Virus record (IMG/VR): IMGVR_UViG_3300046001_006965
Coordinates: 1 to 64,000 of that record
Direction: 5' to 3' (one strand)
DNA: 64,000 nucleotides
Origin: a virus
The translations under genes and the position numbers were made by a program. Below the pieces are notes generated by a model that was not told the DNA's origin, did not search any database, and saw nothing but the letters and a program-made list of their open reading frames with translations. Each line of letters opens with the position of its first letter. The stretch's first letter is position 1. Of the stretch, positions 38,555 to 47,314 are shown piece after piece.

Positions 38555-38656
38555 CTGATTTAGATTTAATAATTGAAAGACATATAACTATAAATACTGC
38601 AACAGCAAAGGCGGTATCTTTATGCCTTTCAATTGTTATGAAAAAAATTTCCATAA

Positions 38657-39529
38657 TTAGAAGTTTGGACCTGCAGGAGTTTCTTCAAATTCCAATTTTT
38701 CGGAAACCACTGTTTCAGGATCTACCACCACCGCATCTTCGATGTTGTTTTCGAAATCCAAACTTTGCTTGTTGGCTTTGGTTTTGATTTCGTGTTGAAC
38801 GTCTAATGCTGGTTTGTCTGAAAGTAATCCTTTGTCACTTGAAGAAGATGTTTCAATTTTAAGAGATCTTGCAATTACTGTTTTTTCACACATCTGGTCA
38901 GGAAATTTATTATGTGCCGGTGAATTCCCTTTTGCTCCACCCATTGACCAGGATGTTTTTATTTGGTCAATTGTCATTATTTCAGAATCTGAACTTCCAT
39001 CATTGTATGTAACAATTGCATAGGCGCCTACAATTTTATCATTGGCAATGTTTGCCAATTTTTGATTGTGTTTTGTGACATTTTTTCTTCCTGTAGAAAA
39101 ATCAACTGAATATTCAAATTCGTCATCTTTATAAACAGTCACAGCATTCACTTCTTTAACATTTGCAACCCTTTTGGCTATTGCAATATCTCCAATATAT
39201 GATTGGTCAAACTGGAGCTTATTCCCATAAACAACAAAGTATCCTTGCTTTTTTGAAACACTTAAACCGCTTGTTACCATATCAAGAAAAGCATTTGCAA
39301 TGCTTTCTTTGGTACAAACTTCAAGTGCTGGATTTCCTCCTCTATCCACTACTCCTTGTAATACCAACCAAGCGGCTCTAACTGCGTTTTCAGGAACATA
39401 ATCAGATGGTAAAACGATCTCTCCTGTGGCTTGTATTTCGGCTATTCTGGACAATACACTATTTACAGTTGCTTCGGTAAATTTGTTTGTCTTTTTTTCT
39501 ACTACTTGTACATTTTCTGTTGTGCTCAT
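38657..39529 (-). CDS. recT: RecT-family ssDNA annealing protein
   Basis: GL...KKQ.YF..YG, IVGAYA, H..F.DQM..KTVI. Confidence 0.85.
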   Translation of the reverse strand: MSTTENVQVVEKKTNKFTEATVNSVLSRIAEIQATGEIVLPSDYVPENAVRAAWLVLQGVVDRGGNPALEVCTKESIANAFLDMVTSGLSVSKKQGYFVVYGNKLQFDQSYIGDIAIAKRVANVKEVNAVTVYKDDEFEYSVDFSTGRKNVTKHNQKLANIANDKIVGAYAIVTYNDGSSDSEIMTIDQIKTSWSMGGAKGNSPAHNKFPDQMCEKTVIARSLKIETSSSSDKGLLSDKPALDVQHEIKTKANKQSLDFENNIEDAVVVDPETVVSEKLEFEETPAGPNF

Positions 39530-39548
39530 TTTTTTAAAATTTGATTGT

Positions 39549-39764
39549 TTATAATTCTATTACTAATTGATTACTGTTTATGATGGCTTCACACCTCACG
39601 AATTCAAGGTCAAAGGCTTGGGATTCGATTTCTTTTTTGGTATTTTGATTGTGTTTGCAGTTGGCGGTGCAATCAAAACTTCCAATTGTAATTCCTTTGT
39701 TTACCTTGCAATTTGCCAATAGATGACCGTCTTTGTTGCGTGGTATTTTGGTTTTATTTTCCAT
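39549..39764 (-). CDS. Small Cys-containing hypothetical protein
   Basis: Likely start MENKTK, directly after leader RNA 2. Confidence 0.6.
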   Translation of the reverse strand: MENKTKIPRNKDGHLLANCKVNKGITIGSFDCTANCKHNQNTKKEIESQAFDLEFVRCEAIINSNQLVIEL

Positions 39765-39778
39765 TTTAAAATAAAAAT

Positions 39779-39862
39779 GCCTTCGAAAAATCAATTACCG
39801 TCCGACGGGCAATCTCTTTTAAGAAGGCTAAAAGTTTAAAGTTCTACTGTCGGACGAACTAC
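39779..39862 (-). ncRNA. Structured 5' leader RNA (pseudoknot), copy 2
   Basis: CGTCCGAC near the predicted start pairs with GTCGGACG at the loop of a long hairpin. Confidence 0.6.
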
Positions 39863-39866
39863 TTTG

Positions 39867-39919
39867 TAAATATACAAATTAAAATAACATATTTTGCAAT
39901 TAAATAACTAAATATGTTA
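39867..39919 (-). promoter_or_regulatory. Promoter with paired 15-bp operator (site 4 of 4)
   Basis: TATATTTA; TAACATATTTTGCAA and TAACTAAATATGTTA. Confidence 0.65.
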
Positions 39920-39936
39920 TTATTTTTTAGCATCCA

Positions 39937-42012
39937 TTAGGCAGCTTGAAGTATTAATGGTAATCCTGTTTTTGCATCAATTAAAATTCCGTTTACTTTT
40001 GGATTTCCAACATTTAAAACAGAACCCTTCCATACATTAAGATTTACTAACTGGCTTTCAATATCAATAACCTCGATAATGCTTTCCCTGTTGTCGATAA
40101 AGATGGGAGCCGTAACTTGGTAGAATTCGCAAAGCGTGTTGATGATGTCCAGTCCGGCATTAATTCTGGATGCAGTATTAGCATCACTGAACGGCACGCC
40201 ATCGATTAAAGCATCACAGCATTCAGATTCTCCACCATTGATTTGCGTTTCGAACATTCTGAATTTTACGAACTTGAATTTCTCGTTGATCTTGGATTCA
40301 AGCGTATCTATTTTCAGTTTGTTGAAACGTTCTATAACGAATTGCGTTTTCTCGACATTGGCGATTTGTTGTGCCAAATCCTTTTCCTCTTGCTCCAGGG
40401 CTGCAATACGATTGTCAACGGCTTTGATTTGGTCCTCGTTACGTAATTGTGATTTGATTTCGTCAATGGCGGTTACCAAGGCTGAACGGGTGCTTTGCAA
40501 TTCTGAAATATCAACCACCGGAACATCTTCTATGGTTGCCAGAATTGTTTTGAGCTCAATTTTCTTATCAAGGTAATTGTGATTTGTTGAAAGTGAGTGC
40601 TCATAAATAGCTGTTTCGTCAACCGCTGCCGTTGGTGTAACTTTTGAAGTTTCGGTTTCTATTTCTAGTTTTAAAGATTCGATTTCTTTGCCTAAATCAG
40701 CAACCATTTTTTCTCCTTTTTCGATTCGTTCCGCAAATAACCAAACCTCAGCTTGCACAACTCCTTTTTCGTCTCCCAATGCTTTTCCTTGTCTTTGAAT
40801 TTCTGCAAGGCTACTGGCTTTTGCTGTTTTGAAATTGGATAACATTTCGGTTTTTTTGCCTTTAACATCACCTGCTTCAAAATCACGCTTGCATGTTGGA
40901 CAATGAAAATCGTTATCATTGAAAGTCAATTCCTTTGCGTTTTCAATTCCCCAAGCTTCACGTTTTGCAAGAATCTGTTTTTCGAGATTGTTTAAATCTT
41001 CAGTTCGCATTGTCTTTTTGGAATGCAATAACTGAACTCCATTTTTGGCGCTTTGCAAGTCGGCCACTTTTGCTTCGTGGGTTCTTTTCAATCCATCCAG
41101 AACCGATGTGTCAGGAATTGATTTGCGTTGTGATTCTCTTTTTGCGTTGGCTTCAATCGTTTCGATGTCCGATTTGATGCTGTTGGCTTTAGCTTTCTTT
41201 TGGTTCACTTCGGCAAGTGCTCCATCAAAAGCAGCCGATTTATTTTGGATGGCTTGATCTACTTTTTTAAGGTCCGTTTCTTTCAATCCTAGACCTACTT
41301 TTAAATTATTGAAATCAACTGCCTCTGGACGTGATTTGTAAACCTCATCAATTCGAACTGGGATTCCTTTCAAATCTTCTTTTGCTTTTTTGATGGAAGC
41401 AAGAATTTGTTTTTGATATTCAACCAATGTTTTCCCGTTGGTTAATTGTGCCACCAAATTTTCATATTCTGCGTTTCCTGCTGCCAAATCACCGTCCGAA
41501 ATTGCACCGGCAATAGCTACTAAAACATTTCTTCTGTCTTGCCATTTCAAGGAATTAAACGCCAATGGATTTGTGATCATTTTGAAAACTGTTTCCTCCA
41601 GAATGGCGCTCACTTTTTCTTGAAATGTTTTTTGTTGCATTGGCACGCCATCCCAATAATACTCTGTTACGTTGCCTGAAAACTCGGTAACTTCCGAACC
41701 TCTTTTTTTAACCCAGTTTTCTTTTAGGATTTTTGAAATTTCAATCTTCACATCATCGACCAGGATAACCGATGCCACTTCATGTTCTATTTTTGGGATT
41801 GCCACATTAAATTTATCTAATGTTTTTATCTCAAAATCTTTTCTGTCTGTAGAATCTTTCCCAAACAACATCCAGAGAAAAGCATCCATGATGGTTGTTT
41901 TTCCGGTTCCGTTTGCTCCAAAAATATCAGTGTTCTTATTGAACGTGATTTTTTCATTTCTCAGTCCTTTGAAGTTAGTAAGGCTGATTTCTAAAATTTG
42001 AATTGTTTTCAT
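39937..42012 (-). CDS. SbcC/Rad50-like coiled-coil ATPase
   Basis: NFKG, GANGTGKTT, central CPTC hook, PIFIDNRES. Confidence 0.88.
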   Translation of the reverse strand: MKTIQILEISLTNFKGLRNEKITFNKNTDIFGANGTGKTTIMDAFLWMLFGKDSTDRKDFEIKTLDKFNVAIPKIEHEVASVILVDDVKIEISKILKENWVKKRGSEVTEFSGNVTEYYWDGVPMQQKTFQEKVSAILEETVFKMITNPLAFNSLKWQDRRNVLVAIAGAISDGDLAAGNAEYENLVAQLTNGKTLVEYQKQILASIKKAKEDLKGIPVRIDEVYKSRPEAVDFNNLKVGLGLKETDLKKVDQAIQNKSAAFDGALAEVNQKKAKANSIKSDIETIEANAKRESQRKSIPDTSVLDGLKRTHEAKVADLQSAKNGVQLLHSKKTMRTEDLNNLEKQILAKREAWGIENAKELTFNDNDFHCPTCKRDFEAGDVKGKKTEMLSNFKTAKASSLAEIQRQGKALGDEKGVVQAEVWLFAERIEKGEKMVADLGKEIESLKLEIETETSKVTPTAAVDETAIYEHSLSTNHNYLDKKIELKTILATIEDVPVVDISELQSTRSALVTAIDEIKSQLRNEDQIKAVDNRIAALEQEEKDLAQQIANVEKTQFVIERFNKLKIDTLESKINEKFKFVKFRMFETQINGGESECCDALIDGVPFSDANTASRINAGLDIINTLCEFYQVTAPIFIDNRESIIEVIDIESQLVNLNVWKGSVLNVGNPKVNGILIDAKTGLPLILQAA

Positions 42013-42035
42013 TTTACTCGTTTTAAATTTGATTG

Positions 42036-42311
42036 TTATAATTTCTCTACTAATATTTCCAGTGCTTTTGACTCAAAAGACACGTTTGTTTCGATGGAAT
42101 AAAGCGCATTGGCTATTGTGGTGTATGCTGCTTTTCGCACGTTGTTTTTGGTAATTTCAGCTTCATTCATACATCCGTGAATGAATGCGGTGAAGTCTTG
42201 GTATGTTTCCACTTTGAGATAAGCGCTTTCGATGTAGGCATATACGAAAGGGAACATTGGAAACTTAATGTCCGGTTTGGTGAATTCTGAATTAATTTGT
42301 AGTTTTGACAT
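42036..42311 (-). CDS. Hypothetical protein
   Basis: 91 aa ORF. Confidence 0.6.
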   Translation of the reverse strand: MSKLQINSEFTKPDIKFPMFPFVYAYIESAYLKVETYQDFTAFIHGCMNEAEITKNNVRKAAYTTIANALYSIETNVSFESKALEILVEKL

Positions 42312-42356
42312 CTCTAAAAGTTTTTAATTATTACTCGTGATTGAAAATTTGATTGT

Positions 42357-42387
42357 AAAAACCACTTTTCGCGAAGTGGTTTTTTTT
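42357..42387 (-). terminator. Intrinsic terminator
   Basis: AAAAACCACTT/AAGTGGTTTTT. Confidence 0.7.
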
Positions 42388-42613
42388 ATTTTGTTAAACT
42401 TGCTATTGCTTCCAGTTTCTTTTCGGGAGACAGTTCGTATTTACCCTTTCGGGCGGAACTGGAAGCTCCCAAACTATCCAGTTCCAACTCTAAGTATCTC
42501 TTACGGCTTGTAATCGAACTTAATCCTTGCATAAAGAGCTGCTCCTGGGTTTCTAATTCCCTTGTTTCTCTTTTTATGAATGCTATTTTTTCTAGTCTAT
42601 TCATCAGTGCCAT
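42386..42613 (-). CDS. Hypothetical protein
   Basis: 75 aa ORF. Confidence 0.6.
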   Translation of the reverse strand: MALMNRLEKIAFIKRETRELETQEQLFMQGLSSITSRKRYLELELDSLGASSSARKGKYELSPEKKLEAIASLTK

Positions 42614-42838
42614 CTATTTAGTTTATCATAAACCCACTTGCCCAAATTCAGCAATCCCAAAATTGCTATCAGGATTATGCAGACAATAATTCCAAGATCG
42701 TATCTATCCATTTTGGCTTGAGTGTTAAAAGGGTTAAACCAATTAAGGCATCTGATCCAAACCCAACTGAACAGATCAGTAAAAATGTTTGGTAAATTCT
42801 GTGAGTTCTTTCGTCGTCGTAGTTCATGGCATAAATTT

Positions 42839-43063
42839 TTACAATGATTTCATTTTTCTAAATGATGCAATTGTTTCTTCGGAATACACCAGTTTGACCC
42901 GGTGCGTTACGTGTCCAGAGCTGTTTCTTTTTTCGGGAACCGGAACCCTGTTTGCGTTGTCACTCACTTCAATGAAATGATGCAATCCGCTGTCGGCCAC
43001 AAAAACCACTTGCAGAAATTTGCCGGTTTTTGTTTTGTAGACTTGGTTGAGTTCTACTGCCAT
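42839..43063 (-). CDS. Hypothetical protein
   Basis: 74 aa ORF. Confidence 0.6.
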   Translation of the reverse strand: MAVELNQVYKTKTGKFLQVVFVADSGLHHFIEVSDNANRVPVPEKRNSSGHVTHRVKLVYSEETIASFRKMKSL

Positions 43064-43186
43064 TATCCTTTCATATCGCCAAAGGCAACAACAAAAGAGA
43101 TCATCGCTAAAGCGGAAAGCCAGAAAATGATTGTGGCTTTGTTGGTTTTGATTAACTGTTTCATGGTAGTTATTTTTTAGGGTTAA

Positions 43187-43399
43187 CTAATTGGTGATTG
43201 TTTCTGTTTCAAAAATTTCTTTTTCTTTTAATCCGGTAGATTTATAGTATTTAACAGCTTTGAATTTTGTCAAATTATCGCTATTGCGTTCTGCTAATTG
43301 TTCTACATTTCTTTCGGTAACTCCTAAAGCTAGAGCAGTATGCTGACGAAATACCCTGTCTGTTTTAATTTTATTAAGTATTAATTGTGATACTTTCAT
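43187..43399 (-). CDS. Cro-like HTH protein
   Basis: Divergent from repressor; ALALGVTERNV; start MKVSQL. Confidence 0.7.
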   Translation of the reverse strand: MKVSQLILNKIKTDRVFRQHTALALGVTERNVEQLAERNSDNLTKFKAVKYYKSTGLKEKEIFETETITN

Positions 43400-43515
43400 T
43401 ATTTTTATGTATTTTTGTTCGTATATATATGCAAATATACACCGAATATTCATATAACAAAACAAATAACACCTTTTTTTCGTGTTTATTTGAATTATTT
43501 TTTAAAAGTTTTAAA
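43400..43515. promoter_or_regulatory. Lysis/lysogeny switch region
   Basis: Minus-strand TATATTTG at 43432-43439; 17-bp ACACC boxes at 43439-43455 and 43469-43485. Confidence 0.6.
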
Positions 43516-43890
43516 ATGAATGGTTTACAATTAAAAGAAAAGCGAAATAGACTAGGCCTAACCCAGACAGAACTGGCAGAACAGGTTGGAGTTGCTATGC
43601 GTACCGTTCAAAATTGGGAGAAAAATACAAATAAAATACCAAAAAGCACCGAGGTATTTATTGACGAGCTACTTAAAAACACCGAAATTTCATATTTGAA
43701 TACATCTAATAAACCCGAAGAGTCTAATCCTACCTACACTATCAAGGAAAAAATGACCACAGAAAGCCCACCTCAAAAAGAGAATGACCACGAATATGTT
43801 GTCGTTAGTAGGTTAACAAAGATGTTAGACGATGCTTATCAGGAAATAAAATTGCTTCGTCAAGAGTTGGAACGAAAGAAAAACAATTGA
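43516..43890 (+). CDS. CI-like XRE repressor (no peptidase domain)
   Basis: LK..R..LGLTQ.ELAE.VGV..RTVQNWE. Confidence 0.88.
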   Translation: MNGLQLKEKRNRLGLTQTELAEQVGVAMRTVQNWEKNTNKIPKSTEVFIDELLKNTEISYLNTSNKPEESNPTYTIKEKMTTESPPQKENDHEYVVVSRLTKMLDDAYQEIKLLRQELERKKNN

Positions 43891-44092
43891 ATTTTTAGAA
43901 TTAAAATTTCAGAATAGGCACAAATTAGTCTGCAAATCAATACAGCACATTGGATTTTTGGGGGCATTACAAATTATTTAAGAATTAAAAATTGAAATTA
44001 AGTTTATAAAAATTATCGTTTTTACGGGAAACCTCATTTTTGAATTTCTTGTAATTTGCAGATTAATATTCAACAAGTTAAAAACAACGATT

Positions 44093-44647
44093 ATGAAAAA
44101 TATTATTTTAGTAATATTAGTATTATTTAATTTATCTATTTACGGCCAAGAAGCTGAATTCAAATTCACTAAAGATGGCCTTACTGATTTTGTTATAACA
44201 CCAGTAAATGGTAAAACCCAATCCGAGCTTTACAAAAAAACATTGGAGTGGGTTTCTTATTCTTTTAAAGAACCAGCAGAGGTTATAAAAGCGAATATCG
44301 AAAATGAGTATATTCGAATAGAAGGATTTAGCAAAGAATTAATTTGCTACAGTTATATGGGAAAAAGATGTGGAGATACCAAGTATGAAATCGAAATTTC
44401 ATTTAAAGATGGAAAATACAAATTTGATGTTTTGAGTATTTTAGAATACAACAATATGTCTAAATCTATTTTGTGGACCAATTTCGAGATCAATAATACT
44501 GCAGCTTATTTTGATAAAAAAGGAGAGGTAAAGAGCTCGTACAAGTTTATCGTTAAAACGGTTCCGGAGTATTTCAATAAACTTAACATAAACTTAAGAG
44601 ATTTTTTAATTAGTGATGGAGTTTCCAGCAAAAAAAACGATTGGTAA
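44093..44647 (+). CDS. Exported DUF4468-like protein (lysogenic conversion candidate)
   Basis: Signal peptide; GKT..ELY..W, I.FKDGKYK motifs. Confidence 0.7.
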   Translation: MKNIILVILVLFNLSIYGQEAEFKFTKDGLTDFVITPVNGKTQSELYKKTLEWVSYSFKEPAEVIKANIENEYIRIEGFSKELICYSYMGKRCGDTKYEIEISFKDGKYKFDVLSILEYNNMSKSILWTNFEINNTAAYFDKKGEVKSSYKFIVKTVPEYFNKLNINLRDFLISDGVSSKKNDW

Positions 44648-44910
44648 TGTACACTTCAGATGAAAGAATAATCCACCTTATTGATCTTTTGAAATATCAA
44701 AAGACAATTATCTATGATAAAGATTTTTGTCAAGATGTAGGAATGTTGGAGCAAACCGTTTCAAAAATAAAAAAAGGCAAAAATCATTTTACGGTATTGC
44801 AAATTGAAGCGATCTGCAAAAAATACAATGTGAATGCCAACTGGATTTTTGGAGTTCAAAAAAACATCTTTAATATTCCTCAGCCCAAACAAATAAAGGA
44901 GTTAAGCTAA
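44647..44910 (+). CDS. XRE-type HTH protein
   Basis: FC..VG...QTVSKIK.G, NVNANWI.G. Confidence 0.75.
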   Translation: MYTSDERIIHLIDLLKYQKTIIYDKDFCQDVGMLEQTVSKIKKGKNHFTVLQIEAICKKYNVNANWIFGVQKNIFNIPQPKQIKELS

Positions 44911-45033
44911 AAGGGTTACCGGCAACCCTGCAAAACACTAAAATCATAAAAAAGAAGCAAAAATGATAAAAAACAAATAACTAAACGCCTGATTTTACAG
45001 TAATTACAATAGGATACAAATGCGAGTTTGGTT

Positions 45034-45077
45034 TTCATAACCCTGAGGTCCCGAGTTCAAATCTCGGTCTCGCTACA
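45034..45077 (+). pseudogene. 3' half of tRNA-Met(CAT), att core
   Basis: TTCATAA CCCTG AGGTC CCGAG TTCAAAT CTCGG TCTCGCT ACA; no D-arm or 5' acceptor strand upstream. Confidence 0.85.
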
Positions 45078-45086
45078 AATTAAAAC

Positions 45087-45125
45087 AACACTTAAACCCA
45101 CTCCCAACAAGGGTTTAAGTGTTTT
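45087..45125 (+). terminator. Terminator hairpin after the att core
   Basis: AACACTTAAACCC/GGGTTTAAGTGTT 13-bp stem. Confidence 0.75.
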
Positions 45126-45195
45126 AATAAAAAATCTTACGGCTTGTAATTACTTAAATCGGCAACCCTACCGACAACCCTAAAGTAATTACATC

Positions 45196-46401
45196 ATGGC
45201 AAAAAATTTATTATTCGATTGTGCGTACTCTGACCTATGGGTACACCCCGAAAACTGGAAAACACTGACTTCCCAGAAATCATTACAACTTGACTGGCGC
45301 GTGGAATGCAAATTCTATGACCCTAAATTTAAGGAAAAGTACCCAAAAGGCTTTTTATTCAGAAAAAAACTTAACCGGTTCCGATCATTGGAGGAACGTA
45401 AAGCTGTTGTCGAAACGTGGTTAAAGGAAATCCCAAAACTTTTTGAAGACAAAGGATATAATCCAATTACCAAAAAATACATGGTTCAGGAACTCAAACC
45501 AGTTCCAGGATCATTGCACCCGAAATTAAACTTTGTTGAAGCTCTCAAAATCGCTTATCCCTTGTTGTCGGTTTCCGAAGGCGTAACGAAAGAGATCAGG
45601 AGAATTGTCGCCAAGGTGGAGAAATCAGCAATTGCATTGAAAATGGAATTTCCTATATGTGAAATTCACAGCGGCCATGTCCGTGATTTGTTGGATCCTT
45701 TGGACTTGACACCAAACGAATATAATAAATACCTCACTCATTTATCAATTGTGCTCTCTGACTTGGTGGAAAAAAGAATGGTTTTTCACAATCCTATTAA
45801 GGACATCAAAAAGAAAAAAACAGTCAAGAAAATTCGTGAAACCCTTGAAGTTGACGAACTGAACAAAATATTCAAGATTCTAAAAACAGAAAATTATACT
45901 TTTTTCAGATATGGCATGATATTCTTTCATTCCGGAGCCAGAACCGCTGAATTGTTTCGAGTTCAGAAAAAGGATGTAAATCTAGCCAAGCAGGAATATA
46001 AAATAACTATCCTGAAAGGCAGTGTCAGCAAGGAAGTAATCAAGGTTATATTGCCAAACGCATTGCCTTTCTGGACCGAAATTATCAATGAATGTACCGA
46101 TGATGAAGATTATCTGTTTACAAGAGGCTTGAAGCCGTCATTGATTCCAATACAAGCATTTCAAATCAGCATTAGATGGAGGCGTTGGGTAAAAAAGAAA
46201 TTAGATGTAACTGCTGATTTTTATGCATTGAAACATTTGTTCCTGGACGAACTAGACAAAGCTTCAGATGGTGAAAGTAATTTATCAAAAGGAATGGCCT
46301 CACACGAAACGAATGTTACAGAAACGGTATACTTAGTAGGTAGAAATAATCGAAAAAATGAAGCATTGAAAAAGATAAACATTCAATTCTTAAATATATA
46401 A
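45196..46401 (+). CDS. int: Tyrosine integrase
   Basis: SGAR..E, FYALKH, H....T..Y catalytic pattern; next to att core. Confidence 0.9.
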   Translation: MAKNLLFDCAYSDLWVHPENWKTLTSQKSLQLDWRVECKFYDPKFKEKYPKGFLFRKKLNRFRSLEERKAVVETWLKEIPKLFEDKGYNPITKKYMVQELKPVPGSLHPKLNFVEALKIAYPLLSVSEGVTKEIRRIVAKVEKSAIALKMEFPICEIHSGHVRDLLDPLDLTPNEYNKYLTHLSIVLSDLVEKRMVFHNPIKDIKKKKTVKKIRETLEVDELNKIFKILKTENYTFFRYGMIFFHSGARTAELFRVQKKDVNLAKQEYKITILKGSVSKEVIKVILPNALPFWTEIINECTDDEDYLFTRGLKPSLIPIQAFQISIRWRRWVKKKLDVTADFYALKHLFLDELDKASDGESNLSKGMASHETNVTETVYLVGRNNRKNEALKKINIQFLNI

Positions 46402-46411
46402 ATTTGCATAT

Positions 46412-46498
46412 ATGATAATACTAGACATCATAATTTCGGCAGTGGTTTTTATTTTTGTTGGGAGATTACTTTGGTACAAATTCAAGCAACCCGGGTGA
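46412..46498 (+). CDS. 28-aa hydrophobic peptide
   Basis: MIILDIIISAVVFIFVGRLLWYKFKQPG; TAAATTTG element 6 nt upstream. Confidence 0.45.
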   Translation: MIILDIIISAVVFIFVGRLLWYKFKQPG

Positions 46499-46590
46499 TA
46501 AGTATCACAATGATAGCTGGAAGAGTAGGAACAAATAATACATATTTCTTCAAAAATTATATACAATAAATCATCAAAATTATATAATCA

Positions 46591-46619
46591 AAAAAGCGCA
46601 CCAGTAATGATGCGCTTTT
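46591..46619. terminator. Bidirectional terminator
   Basis: AAAAGCGCA..TGCGCTTTT between convergent genes. Confidence 0.7.
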
Positions 46620-46646
46620 ACGACTAACCAAAATAATAAAAAGGCG

Positions 46647-47303
46647 TTACCTCTTTATATCAAATATCGAAAAATTATAACCGATCCATATAGTTTGATT
46701 GGTATCAAAAGAACCGGACAATATATTTCCTTTTCGGTTTTGAAGCATCAAGTTTGCTTTTGCAGCGAAGCCATCCAGTTTCGTGTTGTTGCCAACCTCT
46801 AACCCACCTAAGAGTCGAAAAACGGTTTCCTTGACTTTCACCGGAACTTCCATTTTCTTTTCCTTGATTTTGTAATTTGGAGTGACCTCTTTGACTTTCC
46901 CCTGGACAATTCCGTTGATGTTTAGAACGATATTTTCATCTTCAAACGTGGACGAAAATTTGTTTAGTTGAATAGCTTTATTATATGCAATTATTCTTTT
47001 CAGGCTGTCTTTTTCCCTGGCAAAGTTTTGCTTTAAACTTTCATTTTCTGCAATCAGTTTCGGGTCAATAGGATTGTCTTTGTAAACGGTTTCGCCTTTG
47101 GATACTTTTTGTCCAATTGGCACATTAACCGGTTTTTGAGCCTTGAATTTTCCTTTTACTTCCGGAACTGTAACTTTCACGATTTGTGGCGAAGGTGTAC
47201 TTCCTGAACATCCACGGAACCATAAAACAAGGAACAAAAGAATCCAACCAAGATACTTGAAGAATTCCTTCAACAAAGGCGAATGTATATTTATCTGTTT
47301 CAT
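46647..47303 (-). CDS. Lysis accessory protein, spanin-like candidate
   Basis: N-terminal TM then Cys; C-terminal beta strands; follows endolysin. Confidence 0.5.
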   Translation of the reverse strand: MKQINIHSPLLKEFFKYLGWILLFLVLWFRGCSGSTPSPQIVKVTVPEVKGKFKAQKPVNVPIGQKVSKGETVYKDNPIDPKLIAENESLKQNFAREKDSLKRIIAYNKAIQLNKFSSTFEDENIVLNINGIVQGKVKEVTPNYKIKEKKMEVPVKVKETVFRLLGGLEVGNNTKLDGFAAKANLMLQNRKGNILSGSFDTNQTIWIGYNFSIFDIKR

Positions 47304-47314
47304 ATTTCAGAGCT

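Larger units (their letters stand above)
44912..45192 (+). other. attP-configured attachment site: core plus arm-type repeats
   Basis: tRNA 3' half flanked on both sides by CGRCAACCCT repeats and GTAATTAC palindromes, upstream of integrase. Confidence 0.75.

Noticed and set aside
45000-45077. Complete tRNA-Met
   Set aside because: No 5' acceptor strand or D-arm; only the 3' half is present.
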